NCBI GenBank assembly: GCA_049599475.1
Contig: JBMYOQ010000013.1
Location: forward strand, 1-64,000
Length of the DNA: 64,000 nucleotides
Source of the DNA: Opitutales bacterium
GTDB lineage: Bacteria; Verrucomicrobiota; Verrucomicrobiia; Opitutales; JABSRG01
Direction: 5' to 3'
The notes beneath the pieces were generated by a model. That model did no database searches, was not told the origin of the DNA, and saw only the letters and a list, made by a program, of their open reading frames with translations. The first letter of the stretch is position 1. The number at the start of each line of letters is the position of its first letter. Both the position numbers and the translations under genes were made by a program. This document shows, piece after piece, positions 21,601-30,525 of the stretch.

Positions 21601-22276
21601 CAAAAACTTCGTGGAGTGCGATTCCATATGTGCGTAAAGCATCCGGATCCACATTGATCTGATATTCCTTTACGAACCCTCCGATTGAAGCGACTTCAGC
21701 GACCCCTTCAACACCTTGCAAAGCATAGCGAACATACCAATCTTGCGTGCTGCGCAGTTCGTTGAGATCCCAGCCTCCCGTGGGCTTTCCTTCAGGACTC
21801 ATACCTTCTAAAGTGTACCAGAAAACCTGGCCTAAGGCCGTTGCGTCGGGGCCTAATTGAGGGGATACTCCCTGTGGCAATGTACCGGTGGGTAGACTAT
21901 TGAGCTTCTCCAAAATCCGTGAACGCGTCCAATAAAACTCCGCCTCCTCCTTAAAGATAATGTAGATCGAGGAGAACCCAAACATAGAGTAGCTGCGGAT
22001 GGTTTTCACCTCGGGTAACCCCAACAAGGCTGTCGTAAGCGGATACGTCACTTGATCTTCGATATCCTGAGGTGAGCGCCCCATCCATTCAGTGTAGACG
22101 ATCTGCTGGTTTTCACCGATATCCGGAATCGCATCGACTGGGACGGGGTCCCTAGGCAAAATCTCCGATTCCCAATCAAAGGGCGCGACCGCCACCCCCC
22201 ATAAAACCAGAAGCACCGTAAACAGAACAACGACGAGCTTATTCTCCAGACAGAAACGTATCAGGGAATGGATCAT
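18620..22276 (-). CDS. cusA: Heavy-metal RND permease, CusA/SilA type
   Basis: DAIPDIGENQQIV, GPDATALG, SGIAIAIG, FMPDLDEG, MLQSGMR, RVRPAMMT. Confidence 0.93.
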   Translation of the reverse strand: MIHSLIRFCLENKLVVVLFTVLLVLWGVAVAPFDWESEILPRDPVPVDAIPDIGENQQIVYTEWMGRSPQDIEDQVTYPLTTALLGLPEVKTIRSYSMFGFSSIYIIFKEEAEFYWTRSRILEKLNSLPTGTLPQGVSPQLGPDATALGQVFWYTLEGMSPEGKPTGGWDLNELRSTQDWYVRYALQGVEGVAEVASIGGFVKEYQINVDPDALRTYGIALHEVFEAVRGSNLDVGARTIEINSVEYVIRGLGFIENLDDLRKTVVTQRENVPITLAQIAEVVYGPALRRGALDKAGAEAVGGVVVTRFGENPLEVIKRVKEKIAAIAPGMPKKELDDGAVSQVEIVPFYDRTGLIYETLGTLENAVRQQILVTVIVVVVMMLRLRGAFIVSLVVPLAVLGAFIGMKLMGIDANVVALSGIAIAIGTIVDMGIVLVENILKRLKEESPDESRFSVVLNATCEVGGAVVTAVLTTIISFLPVLTMEAAEGKLFKPLAYTKTFTLIGSIIVSLVLVPVLVYLFIRGNSAHKPGALKRVLEPLTSLLSFLGSRVRVLCLVVFALFMVHWLSKDWMPLGPENALQNFAFVLLSIGSLLGLFYLFILLYPKLLQWVLGMKVLFCTLCGAILVFGFSVWIGFGQMFAWLPDGVKMSKPFVAMTHAVPGLGKEFMPDLDEGSYLLMPTTMPHASIGEVMDVLKKQDMAINAIPEVELAVGKLGRAESPLDPAPISMIETIITYKSEYIIDENGRILTFAYNSTTEAFERDASGALIFEERGRPFRQWRDEIRSPDDIWDEIVRAATIPGTTSAPKLQPIAARIVMLQSGMRAPMGLKVYGPDLDTIESVALEIEGLLKQVPAVKAEAVLADRIVGKPYLEIAIDRDAIARYGVKIKRVQDVIEVAIGGKPITQTVEGRERYPVRVRYMRELRDTIESIEGILVAAPDGTQIPLRELASINYVRGPQMIKSEDTFLVGYVIFDKQDGFAEVEVVEQARSFLESKIASGALNIPAGVSYKFTGSYENQVRAEKKLRIVLPIALFVIWAILYLQFKRFSTTCIVFSGVAFAWSGGFIMLWLYGQPWFLDFEMFGQNLRDLFQISPIDMSVAVWVGFLALFGIATDDGVVMSTYIGQRFRDLPADSIEAIRVRVIEGAVRRVRPAMMTSATTILALLPVLTSTGRGSDIMVPMAIPSFGGMLLALLTIFVVPVLYCGVAELKFRIGKLL

Positions 22277-22391
22277 CACGTTCTAAAAAGCTTCCTCACA
22301 AGCAGACAAGGAACACGAGCATCATAGCCTAACAGTTGTGCTGGATCGAACAAAGCACTCATCGCCCTTGTATCACTGATGTGTTTTTCAA

Positions 22392-24203
22392 TCACTCCCC
22401 CAACTTTCCTTTTACTTCGCCACACATGAGCATCATGGAACCAAAATAAGGGTTTCGAAGGTCATCACTGTCTTGGATCCAATCAGCTCCCGTCGCTCCG
22501 TAGACCATGGGACAATGCATCAGCCACAAGCCTTCCGTCTTTTTCAAAGAAGCGATCATTGCCTGAGATAATACATCGAAATGAGGCCGGCGCATCGCTT
22601 CTAAATCACCAGCTGCAGCCATGGCATGCAAGGCATCGTGAAGCTCCCCAGAATGTCCGTGAATTTCAAGTATCTCCTTCGCGTGCGTAAGCGATTTATC
22701 AAAGTCATCATTCGCCATCGCCTTTTGCAGAGCAAGATACGGCGCAACCAAAGCGTCAGCGAGCTTCTCCGACAGGACAATCGAAGACTGCCCTCCTTCG
22801 ACTTGTTCTGTTTCGGGGTTCATCATGCTCGGCTTGGCTTGAATCTGAAGGGCACTGTCAATTTTGAACGCACCATGAGTGACTACATTTTCACCGACCT
22901 CCAGGCCCTCTTTCACGATGAAAACGTCTCCTGCCCGGAGACCTAAAACTATCTCGCGCCCCTCAAAGGATGGGCTCTCTGAATCCGGCATTTCCACGTA
23001 GACAACGGCACGCTTACCTGTCCGCAGAACAGCCGAAGATGGCACTACAACTGGCGCTTCGCTTGCCTCCCCTGGAACATAACCCAACTCCTCTGCAGGC
23101 ACTAGATCCATACCGCACACATCGCAGGCCCCGGGACCGTCCTTGACGATCTCAGGGTGCATGGGGCTGATCCACTTGCCCGCCAAATCTGGCGCATACA
23201 CTTGTCCGTTCTCAGCAATACGAGAGGATACCAAAGCCCGCACAAACATGCCGGGTTTCAATCGTCCTTGCTTATTGGGTATATTGACCCGCACTCGCAC
23301 AGTCCGCGTTTTACTATCAACAAGTGGTTCGAGAAATGCAATCTGACCTTTAAAGGTCTCACCAGGAACGGACTCCACTGAAAACGAAACCTCCTGTCCG
23401 AAGCGCAACCAGGGAAGATCTGACTCATAAGCATCCAGATAGGCCCACAGAACCGAGAGATCTACGATTTCAAATAGAGGTTCCCCCGTCTCCAGATAGT
23501 CACCTTCATTGACATGTTTGGCCGTCACGATGCCTCCCGCCGGGGCTTTCAGAACAAAATGATCTTTGGCTTCTCCGCTCTCAACAATTGCGTCTATCTG
23601 CTCAGGCAACAGGTCCCAGAGGCGAAGCTTTTCACGAGCGGCACGCGTAATCGAACTATTTGGATCTGCCCGATATGCAGATAGGAGTTCACGCTGTGCT
23701 GTCAGCAAATCGGGGCTGTAAACCTTTGCTAGATGTTCCCCTTTCTGGACACGAATGCCTGTGAAATTCACATACAATTCATCGATCCGTGCTGGAAAGC
23801 GCGCACTCAACGACCTTTCTCGGGTTTCGTCATAATCCAGCTTGCCCACGAGTCGGATCTCGGCCTCCGGGAAATCACGCCGAATTTCGGTAGTCTGAAT
23901 ATCTGCCAAGGCCCTCGAAGCCTCACTCATACTCAAAGCACGTGGTCCTTCACCAGCACCGGAGCCCGACTCGAGAGGAATCAAGTCCATCCCACAAATG
24001 GGGCAATCTCCCATTTCGGGCTGTTGAATAGAAGGGTGCATGGAGCAAGTCCATGTCTCAGGCACCGAACTTGCCTGCAATGATTCAATGCCTACGGCGT
24101 GATCGTGTGCATCATTGCCGAAAAACAAACGTCCGATAAAAATCCCGACAATTAGCGCGATACAGATACCCCCGAGGAATGTTATCGAAGTTTGCTTATT
24201 CAT
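22392..24203 (-). CDS. cusB: CusB-type adaptor with heavy-metal-binding domains and C-terminal DUF3347-like region
   Basis: WTCSMHP..CPICGMDL, ISPMHP..CDVCGMDL, HCPM..NPYFGSMMLMCG. Confidence 0.9.
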   Translation of the reverse strand: MNKQTSITFLGGICIALIVGIFIGRLFFGNDAHDHAVGIESLQASSVPETWTCSMHPSIQQPEMGDCPICGMDLIPLESGSGAGEGPRALSMSEASRALADIQTTEIRRDFPEAEIRLVGKLDYDETRERSLSARFPARIDELYVNFTGIRVQKGEHLAKVYSPDLLTAQRELLSAYRADPNSSITRAAREKLRLWDLLPEQIDAIVESGEAKDHFVLKAPAGGIVTAKHVNEGDYLETGEPLFEIVDLSVLWAYLDAYESDLPWLRFGQEVSFSVESVPGETFKGQIAFLEPLVDSKTRTVRVRVNIPNKQGRLKPGMFVRALVSSRIAENGQVYAPDLAGKWISPMHPEIVKDGPGACDVCGMDLVPAEELGYVPGEASEAPVVVPSSAVLRTGKRAVVYVEMPDSESPSFEGREIVLGLRAGDVFIVKEGLEVGENVVTHGAFKIDSALQIQAKPSMMNPETEQVEGGQSSIVLSEKLADALVAPYLALQKAMANDDFDKSLTHAKEILEIHGHSGELHDALHAMAAAGDLEAMRRPHFDVLSQAMIASLKKTEGLWLMHCPMVYGATGADWIQDSDDLRNPYFGSMMLMCGEVKGKLGE

Positions 24204-25506
24204 GTTCTGAGGTAGCTTTGAAAGTGCCCATGAGAGGCTGATTGCTGAGGGCCTGAATTGCGATACGGCGTTTCCATACTTCGGCAGCAGCCTCCCAATA
24301 AGTCAGCCTTAAGTCCAAGAGTGAGCGTTCACTATCGATCAGTTCAACAATGCTTGTGCGTCCCGATTCATAGCTCGCCCGTGAATTTTCAACCGCCTGT
24401 TCAGCGAGGGGCACCAACTCTTTGCCATATAGTTTTTGACGGCGACTTGCGTCCTCTAAAAATGCCAAATGCCCGCGAAGTTCAGCACCCAATTCATTGC
24501 GCCGATTCTCCAAGTCATCCTCATAGGCCCGCTGAGTCGCGAGAGCCTCCGCACGCGCTGCACGCGTTTTATCCACCCAAAGTGGAAGATTTACCGAGAG
24601 CATGACACCCCATGCATCTTTACCGGTATCGGAAACCGCCGTTGCCGATTCTCCTATTTGGATATAATTCAGTCCTATCGATACATCAGGATATCGGTCC
24701 AAATCGGCTATTTGTTTGCGAGCTTCTGCGCTGGAGACTCGTCGTCGCAACATTTCGAGTTCGGGGTTTTGAGAGTCGAGGGCCACTAGATTAGCAGACA
24801 CGTCCATACTCACAGCGACAGGAGGGTTCCAATCTGGCCAAGGAAGTACGTCTGAGTTTTGCAGGCCTAGGAGCTGAGAAAGTTCGGCAGATTTCGCGAG
24901 GCGCTGTTGTTCCAACGACTGTAGCTGATCGTCCACTTTACCCATTTCCACTTTGAGTCTAAGTAAGGCATTCACATCGGACCCGCCTTGAACTTTTGCC
25001 TCCACAACAGGCTCCAACTTTTGCAGCAATTTGCTACCCTCCTCAGTGAGCCTCAATATCTCCTGGAGACACGCGTAGTCGAAGAATGAATCAGAAACCC
25101 GGCGTGCGAGCGACAGTTGTTGAGCCTGGTAAGCATACCACAGGGCCTCCGCTTCAGCCGACGCTGCACTTTCCCGGGAATCTAGTTTTCCAAACCATGG
25201 AATTTTTTGACTAAGCGAAAAAGCCGTATCCTGAGGACCCGTGCGAGTCTGAACAGACTCCACAAAGGCGGTAACCTGTAGCACCGGATCCGGCAAGGCA
25301 GCTGCCTGTGGCACCCTTTGAATTGCCGCATGATAACGATGTTCAAATGCCTGGATCTCGGGGTTTCCGGACTGTGCCTGCTCGAGATAGTCATGCAGAC
25401 GAGCTCCATCAGGTTGAAATCCGGGTGTGTCCTCAGCCATAGCAAGCCCACTGGACAGGACTCCGATCAATCCAGCTATGAGTGCGTATGCTATTGGGTG
25501 TGACAT
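24196..25506 (-). CDS. TolC-family outer membrane factor of the metal efflux system
   Basis: Signal peptide, ALPDP, SQKIPWFGKL; operonic with cusB/cusA. Confidence 0.9.
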   Translation of the reverse strand: MSHPIAYALIAGLIGVLSSGLAMAEDTPGFQPDGARLHDYLEQAQSGNPEIQAFEHRYHAAIQRVPQAAALPDPVLQVTAFVESVQTRTGPQDTAFSLSQKIPWFGKLDSRESAASAEAEALWYAYQAQQLSLARRVSDSFFDYACLQEILRLTEEGSKLLQKLEPVVEAKVQGGSDVNALLRLKVEMGKVDDQLQSLEQQRLAKSAELSQLLGLQNSDVLPWPDWNPPVAVSMDVSANLVALDSQNPELEMLRRRVSSAEARKQIADLDRYPDVSIGLNYIQIGESATAVSDTGKDAWGVMLSVNLPLWVDKTRAARAEALATQRAYEDDLENRRNELGAELRGHLAFLEDASRRQKLYGKELVPLAEQAVENSRASYESGRTSIVELIDSERSLLDLRLTYWEAAAEVWKRRIAIQALSNQPLMGTFKATSEHE

Positions 25507-25511
25507 AAAGA

Positions 25512-25541
25512 CTTAAACGAGTCGAGCGGGGGGAACCCTCA
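25512..25541 (-). promoter_or_regulatory. ECF sigma promoter, copy 2, upstream of the efflux OMF
   Basis: TGAGGGT-N15-CGTTTAAG-N5-ATG; identical boxes and spacing to 26920-26949. Confidence 0.8.
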
Positions 25542-26114
25542 AACTTTTTCCCTCATTTCAAGAAGTTCGGATTTCATCAATTTACGCGCTCGATAAATAC
25601 GAGTTTCAACAGTCTTTCGATTCGTATTCAAAACCAGTGCACATTCATCATAAGAATGATCCTCGAGAACACAAAATATGAAGGGAAATTTAAGCTTCTC
25701 GGGTAGCTTTTGAATACATGCCTGAACGCGGCGAAGATCATCACGATATTGGTTTTCCACAGCAGGGTTTGACGCTCCAGAATCAATATTTTCCAATTCC
25801 AATTTCTCTGATTCGATCGTTAATATGCGCTGTTTCTCACGCTCAGCCTTGCGCAATCGGTCTCTGCAAAGATTCAGAATAATCGCAAAAATCCAAGTTT
25901 TCACAGTAGCTTTGGGCGTGAACCGGTAGGCATTTTTATATACGCGAAAGAAGGTGTCTTCGACCACTTCTTGACTGTCAGAAGCATTACCCAGATAGCG
26001 GAATGCAAAGCGAAACAGGGCCTCTTTATATCGAGCCATTAGCATGATGAGGGCAGACTCATCCCCCTGCCCCACACGCTCAAGAAGCGCAATATCCTCC
26101 GCATTCTCTCCCAT
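25539..26114 (-). CDS. ECF RNA polymerase sigma factor (CnrH-like)
   Basis: Region 2 (DSQEVVEDTF, KTWIFAI..NLCRD) and region 4 (SYDECA..TVETRIYRAR). Confidence 0.93.
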   Translation of the reverse strand: MGENAEDIALLERVGQGDESALIMLMARYKEALFRFAFRYLGNASDSQEVVEDTFFRVYKNAYRFTPKATVKTWIFAIILNLCRDRLRKAEREKQRILTIESEKLELENIDSGASNPAVENQYRDDLRRVQACIQKLPEKLKFPFIFCVLEDHSYDECALVLNTNRKTVETRIYRARKLMKSELLEMREKV

Positions 26115-26120
26115 TTAGAT

Positions 26121-26591
26121 TTATTGCGGGACGCTCAAGGCCTTAACTGCAATTTCGCGGAGGCGGACCTGTTTATCCTCCGGCAGCGCGTCCATCATAT
26201 CATAATAATGTTGAATCGATAGTTCCTGCAGCTGGCCGTGAACAATATGAAGCTCATGAATGGCGTGCTTGAGCTCTGCTGTGAGCTCATCGGATTCGAG
26301 GATTAGCTTGCGGAGCGCTTCCGTCTTTGCATCAAACTGGGCCTGAAGAGCAGATTTCTGAGTCCGATACGCGGGCTCAACAGCATCAACTGCCGCTGCC
26401 TCTGCTGCGCTCAATTCCAAGGTTGTATGCAACCAGTGATGACCATTCTCGCCATCATGGTGGCTCCAGTCTTGATCCCCTTGCATCAGATGGGTCGTGA
26501 CTATCGAAACAATCACCGAAATCAGCACCAAGCCAGCCACGAGCGCAACAGCAACGACAGCCTTCTTTTTATTCAAAGATTCTGTGCTCAT
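26121..26591 (-). CDS. Periplasmic heavy-metal sensor (CnrX/Spy-like)
   Basis: N-terminal TM, His-rich HH..HHWLH..LEL, HELH..HGQLQ..H...M..L. Confidence 0.82.
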   Translation of the reverse strand: MSTESLNKKKAVVAVALVAGLVLISVIVSIVTTHLMQGDQDWSHHDGENGHHWLHTTLELSAAEAAAVDAVEPAYRTQKSALQAQFDAKTEALRKLILESDELTAELKHAIHELHIVHGQLQELSIQHYYDMMDALPEDKQVRLREIAVKALSVPQ

Positions 26592-26914
26592 GGTAGACTT
26601 AATAAATGCGACTCTTGAAAGACATCGAAATCCAGAGCTCTAGCGGCTAGATGACGCTCAGAAATTAATTCGGGCTCTGAGTCGAGCGACAACATTGTCA
26701 CGCAGGCACTGACAGCCACCGCGACGGCTATAGAGGCTCCAACAAATGCAGGTTTTGGCACTAAGTTGATCAACCAATCAGTTATTGGCTGCACTCTCGG
26801 CTCACCTACCAAACGAATCCGCCTCAATACATTGTCTTCAAGGGCGCCGGGAGGCTCTGGAAGTGGAACTTTTTTCGCACTGTTTATCAGATTATCAAAA
26901 GAATCGTCTCGCAT
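26588..26914 (-). CDS. Putative single-TM anti-sigma factor (CnrY-like)
   Basis: 108 aa, one TM, ATGA overlap with the sensor gene, position matches cnrY. Confidence 0.7.
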   Translation of the reverse strand: MRDDSFDNLINSAKKVPLPEPPGALEDNVLRRIRLVGEPRVQPITDWLINLVPKPAFVGASIAVAVAVSACVTMLSLDSEPELISERHLAARALDFDVFQESHLLSLP

Positions 26915-26919
26915 ATCCC

Positions 26920-26949
26920 CTTAAACGGTTGGTTCGCAACTGACCCTCA
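26920..26949 (-). promoter_or_regulatory. ECF sigma promoter, copy 1, upstream of the anti-sigma gene
   Basis: TGAGGGT-N15-CGTTTAAG-N5-ATG. Confidence 0.8.
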
Positions 26950-27121
26950 GATTTTCTGCTGATTGACAGTCATTTCTTATAAAGCCTAGGTGAACTTCTC
27001 GAAAGGCGAGCCTTTTGTAACGGTTTAATGAAAAGTCCGAGCCTAGTTTGACTCCCGCCGAAAAGCCGAGATAGCTGCACAACTTAAATCAACTCCAGAA
27101 CCCTAATTTTAGAGAAACCTC

Positions 27122-28036
27122 GTGCTCGCGACTCCCACAGAAGACCAAATAATCGCCCCAGATTCCCTCGAAAGCTTTGCAGGCATTATCCTAGATGTCC
27201 GCATACCGGAATCCTATGAAGAGGGGCATATCGTTGGCTCCCAGAATTTCAGCGTATACCAAACAGATTTTCTGAAAAAAGTGCCCGAAGCCTTCCCCGA
27301 CAAAACCATACATCTTTTGGTTTACGGAGATGGGGATCCATACAAAGCTGACTTAGCTGCACTCGGGCGACTAACCTATTTGGGATATTCGAATGTTTCA
27401 GTGCTTGATGGCGGTATCAAAGCCTGGAAAGAAACGGGCGGTGCGATCGAGGGATCCGGTGAACCCGCGGAAAAAGCGGTCCTCTCCGGAACATTTCCAT
27501 TGGACACCGAACGCACCAAAATCCGATGGGTAGGTCGCAATTTAATGAATCAGCACAACGGCGAGATCGCAGCCAGCTCGGGAACCCTGAGCATTTCGGA
27601 GGACGGATCTCCGACGGAGGGAGAGCTAATCGTCGATATGCAAAAGATGGAGTGTCATGACATACCAGAAAAGTCTCTCGCTGCCATGCTTATCGAGCAT
27701 TTGGAGAGCGCGGACTTCTTTGACACCGCATCCTATCCCGAGGCCAGCTTTACACTCGAATCTGCGACACCCATCGAAGGGGCCACCTACGGAAAACCAA
27801 ATACTCACGTGAAGGGCTCACTCGCTGCGCGCGGGGTTGTGGCAGATCTAGAAATCGATGCTCTCATCGAACCAATAGAGGATGGCTACGTATTTCAATC
27901 AGTGTTCGATTTCGATCGTACCCAGATCGGAGCCCTCTATGGATCAGGAAGTATTTTTGAGCGCCTAGGCATGCACCTTGTCAATGACTTGGTGAGCTTG
28001 GATATTACCGCATTTTTCGTGAAGTCTCCGCGATAG
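27122..28036 (+). CDS. Rhodanese-like + YceI fusion protein
   Basis: LDVR..YEEGHI.G and LDGGIKAW; then IRWVG...HNG...HLESADFFD...YPEASF...FDRT. Confidence 0.85.
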   Translation: MLATPTEDQIIAPDSLESFAGIILDVRIPESYEEGHIVGSQNFSVYQTDFLKKVPEAFPDKTIHLLVYGDGDPYKADLAALGRLTYLGYSNVSVLDGGIKAWKETGGAIEGSGEPAEKAVLSGTFPLDTERTKIRWVGRNLMNQHNGEIAASSGTLSISEDGSPTEGELIVDMQKMECHDIPEKSLAAMLIEHLESADFFDTASYPEASFTLESATPIEGATYGKPNTHVKGSLAARGVVADLEIDALIEPIEDGYVFQSVFDFDRTQIGALYGSGSIFERLGMHLVNDLVSLDITAFFVKSPR

Positions 28037-28130
28037 GCGCACGAAGGAGCATCATTAGGTTTAGCTGAGAACGGAAGCGTCTTTTGGCGCATCCAATTTC
28101 CTAAATTCAATTAGCCCAGTTGATACATAA

Positions 28131-28165
28131 AAAAGCCGATCAACATCATGCGTCGATCGGCTTTT
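28131..28165. terminator. Bidirectional terminator between the yceI fusion and wzc
   Basis: aaaagccgatc...gatcggctttt. Confidence 0.8.
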
Positions 28166-28195
28166 CAAATAAACGAGTAGATATACGCAAAAGCA

Positions 28196-30517
28196 TTAAA
28201 CCTTCTGCTCTTCTTCCTCTTTCCGATACATGATCTTACTCCGGTGTTGCTCATCAACATCCACGTAATAATCCTTATAACTGCTATCGTAGTAGTGGGA
28301 GTAATAATACGAAGAAATATTCAAGTTGATGTTATTCAAAATCGCACCGAAGACAGGTGTATTTGAATCCAAGAGACGACGGACATTCAACTTAGCGGTC
28401 TTACGCTTTACGGTGTTAAATTTTGCAACATATACGACGCCATCTGCGTGCGGAAGCAGCGCCAAGGTATCAGAAACCGCAACAAGAGGCGGAGTATCGA
28501 TGATGATCTTGGTATACCGTTTCCGGAGATCTTGAATCAGTTCTACAAGCTTCGGATTATTCAGAATCTGCGTTGGGTTCTTCGCCTTTGCACCAGCAGG
28601 TAGCACATCCAGATTTGGGTAGAGTTCCTTAATGATGCAATCGTCGATATCTCCGCCGTCCTGAAAGTAAGTGACAATTCCCTTATCTACCTGAATTTGG
28701 AGCGACTTTGCTACATTGGGGAGACGTAAATCACCATCCAGAAGCAAAACCTTTTCACCATGAGTAGCATAAGTAAGCGCCAAATTTGTCGAAACAAATG
28801 ACTTACCCTCACCTGGCACCGTGGAAGTATTTAAGATCACCCGGGCATCTCGGCTATCATCATTCAAACGAAGCGTAGAATGAATCGATCGGAAAGCCTC
28901 GGTCACGTGTCGATCCTGATTGCTCGCAACCGCCTGGGCCTTCTCCGAAGCATCCAAGCGCTTGATTCGTGGAACAATTCCAATAAGCGGAAGGCCAACC
29001 ACACCCTCGATATCGAAAGCCGTTTTCACACGATCATCCAAAAATGCGATTAAGAAAACAAGGCCGATACCACAACCGGTGCCTCCGACAAGCCCAAGGG
29101 CTACGTTCAAAATAACGTTCGGAGAACTTGGCTTAGACGCAGGGAAAGCACGGTCAACGATAAGAACATTTGGATTCTTTATGTTTACCTGAGTTCTTTC
29201 TTTTGAAAGACGGGCATTGAGATCCTGATAAAAGAGTTCTTGAACGGCTAGATCTGCCTCGAGGGACTCATACTTCACTTTCAATTTTGACAGCTCAATC
29301 AATGCATCCTCTTGAGCATCCAGACGTGCCTGGGCTTGTTCGTAAGCATTTCTGGACGCTTGATAATTTGAATATGCGACTTGAACCGAGGACTGCAGGG
29401 ATTCGCTCAATTCCTTCTCCGCTTGGGCCAGCGCTTCCCGAGCCGCGATCATTTGCGGGTGTTTGTCGCGGTAACGCTTAGAAAGCGAAGAAATCTCAAT
29501 TTTGGAACTAGAGACTGTAACGAGCAAATTAGCTACCTGAGGATCCCGGGCGATGAACTCGATCTCCCAAAGGTTTCGACCACTGTCACGATATTCCTGA
29601 ATTTGATCCCAAAGTGTAGCCGCCTGATCATAATTGCTCTTTTCCATTACGGCTAACTCGTTCAGGCGAGCCATCTCCTGGAGGGCTATGTTCTCATCCT
29701 TATCCAAGGATACAGAGCCAGAACGCTCACGGAATTCCGCCAGCTCGCTCCTTATACGTTCCACTTCATCACGCTGCTGTGCAGAACGGGTCTCCAAGTC
29801 TTCAACAGTCTTGATTGTGTCATCAATACTGTTCGAGAGGTTGTAGTTCATGAACTCTTCTGCGAAGAGATTCGCGACGCGCGCCGCAATTTCACGATCC
29901 GGATGACTATACGAAACAGCCACCATGCGACTCAGACGGAACGGGGATACTTCCCGATTTTCACCTAAGACTTCGATAGGAGTTAAAGCTCCAGATAAAA
30001 GAGTAGCATCACGGTACGGTGCCATGAATCGGGTCCTCTCATCCGGAGTGAGCCGTTGATTCACTTTTTCAATAACCGCAATACTCTCCAGTCGGCCAAT
30101 CTGGGTATTTAAATCCTCAGTACCTCGAATTTCATTAGGATCCTCGTCTCCAATTTGCCCGAGCGGGTTGATGTCATCTCGGAGAATTTCAAGCGTTGCG
30201 ACAGATTGAAAAATCTCGGTCGCGTTGTAAGTGTATATAATGGAACCCGCTAGAATAAGCGCAAATGTCACAATAAAATACCAGATGCGCTCTCTAAAAA
30301 TCAGCAAATAATCCTTGATGGATCTGTGCTGAGCATCGTCCTGGTTACCGTAGCCATAGCCTCCTGGCCCACCTTGGCCACCATAGCCGTAGCCACCATA
30401 GCCGTAGCCACCGTAGCCTCCATAACCATAGCCGCCGCCCTGCGGAGCTTCATAGTAGCCACTCGGGCCTGTTTTCACACTTCGCGGCTGATTGCTTTGC
30501 GGAGGATTGTCGGACAT
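28196..30517 (-). CDS. Polysaccharide co-polymerase/BY tyrosine kinase (Wzc/GumC)
   Basis: Two TMs, EAFRSI, Walker A PGEGKS, LDGDLR.P, IIDTPP, C-terminal Tyr cluster. Confidence 0.95.
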   Translation of the reverse strand: MSDNPPQSNQPRSVKTGPSGYYEAPQGGGYGYGGYGGYGYGGYGYGGQGGPGGYGYGNQDDAQHRSIKDYLLIFRERIWYFIVTFALILAGSIIYTYNATEIFQSVATLEILRDDINPLGQIGDEDPNEIRGTEDLNTQIGRLESIAVIEKVNQRLTPDERTRFMAPYRDATLLSGALTPIEVLGENREVSPFRLSRMVAVSYSHPDREIAARVANLFAEEFMNYNLSNSIDDTIKTVEDLETRSAQQRDEVERIRSELAEFRERSGSVSLDKDENIALQEMARLNELAVMEKSNYDQAATLWDQIQEYRDSGRNLWEIEFIARDPQVANLLVTVSSSKIEISSLSKRYRDKHPQMIAAREALAQAEKELSESLQSSVQVAYSNYQASRNAYEQAQARLDAQEDALIELSKLKVKYESLEADLAVQELFYQDLNARLSKERTQVNIKNPNVLIVDRAFPASKPSSPNVILNVALGLVGGTGCGIGLVFLIAFLDDRVKTAFDIEGVVGLPLIGIVPRIKRLDASEKAQAVASNQDRHVTEAFRSIHSTLRLNDDSRDARVILNTSTVPGEGKSFVSTNLALTYATHGEKVLLLDGDLRLPNVAKSLQIQVDKGIVTYFQDGGDIDDCIIKELYPNLDVLPAGAKAKNPTQILNNPKLVELIQDLRKRYTKIIIDTPPLVAVSDTLALLPHADGVVYVAKFNTVKRKTAKLNVRRLLDSNTPVFGAILNNINLNISSYYYSHYYDSSYKDYYVDVDEQHRSKIMYRKEEEEQKV

Positions 30518-30525
30518 GGGAATAA

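Noticed and set aside
17600..27000. Metal-efflux region as a mobile island
   Set aside because: It looks somewhat more AT-rich by eye, but no integrase, transposase, tRNA or flanking direct repeats were found
30340..30460. Tandem repeats considered as a CRISPR or non-coding VNTR
   Set aside because: In-frame Gly/Tyr codon repeats inside wzc with no spacers
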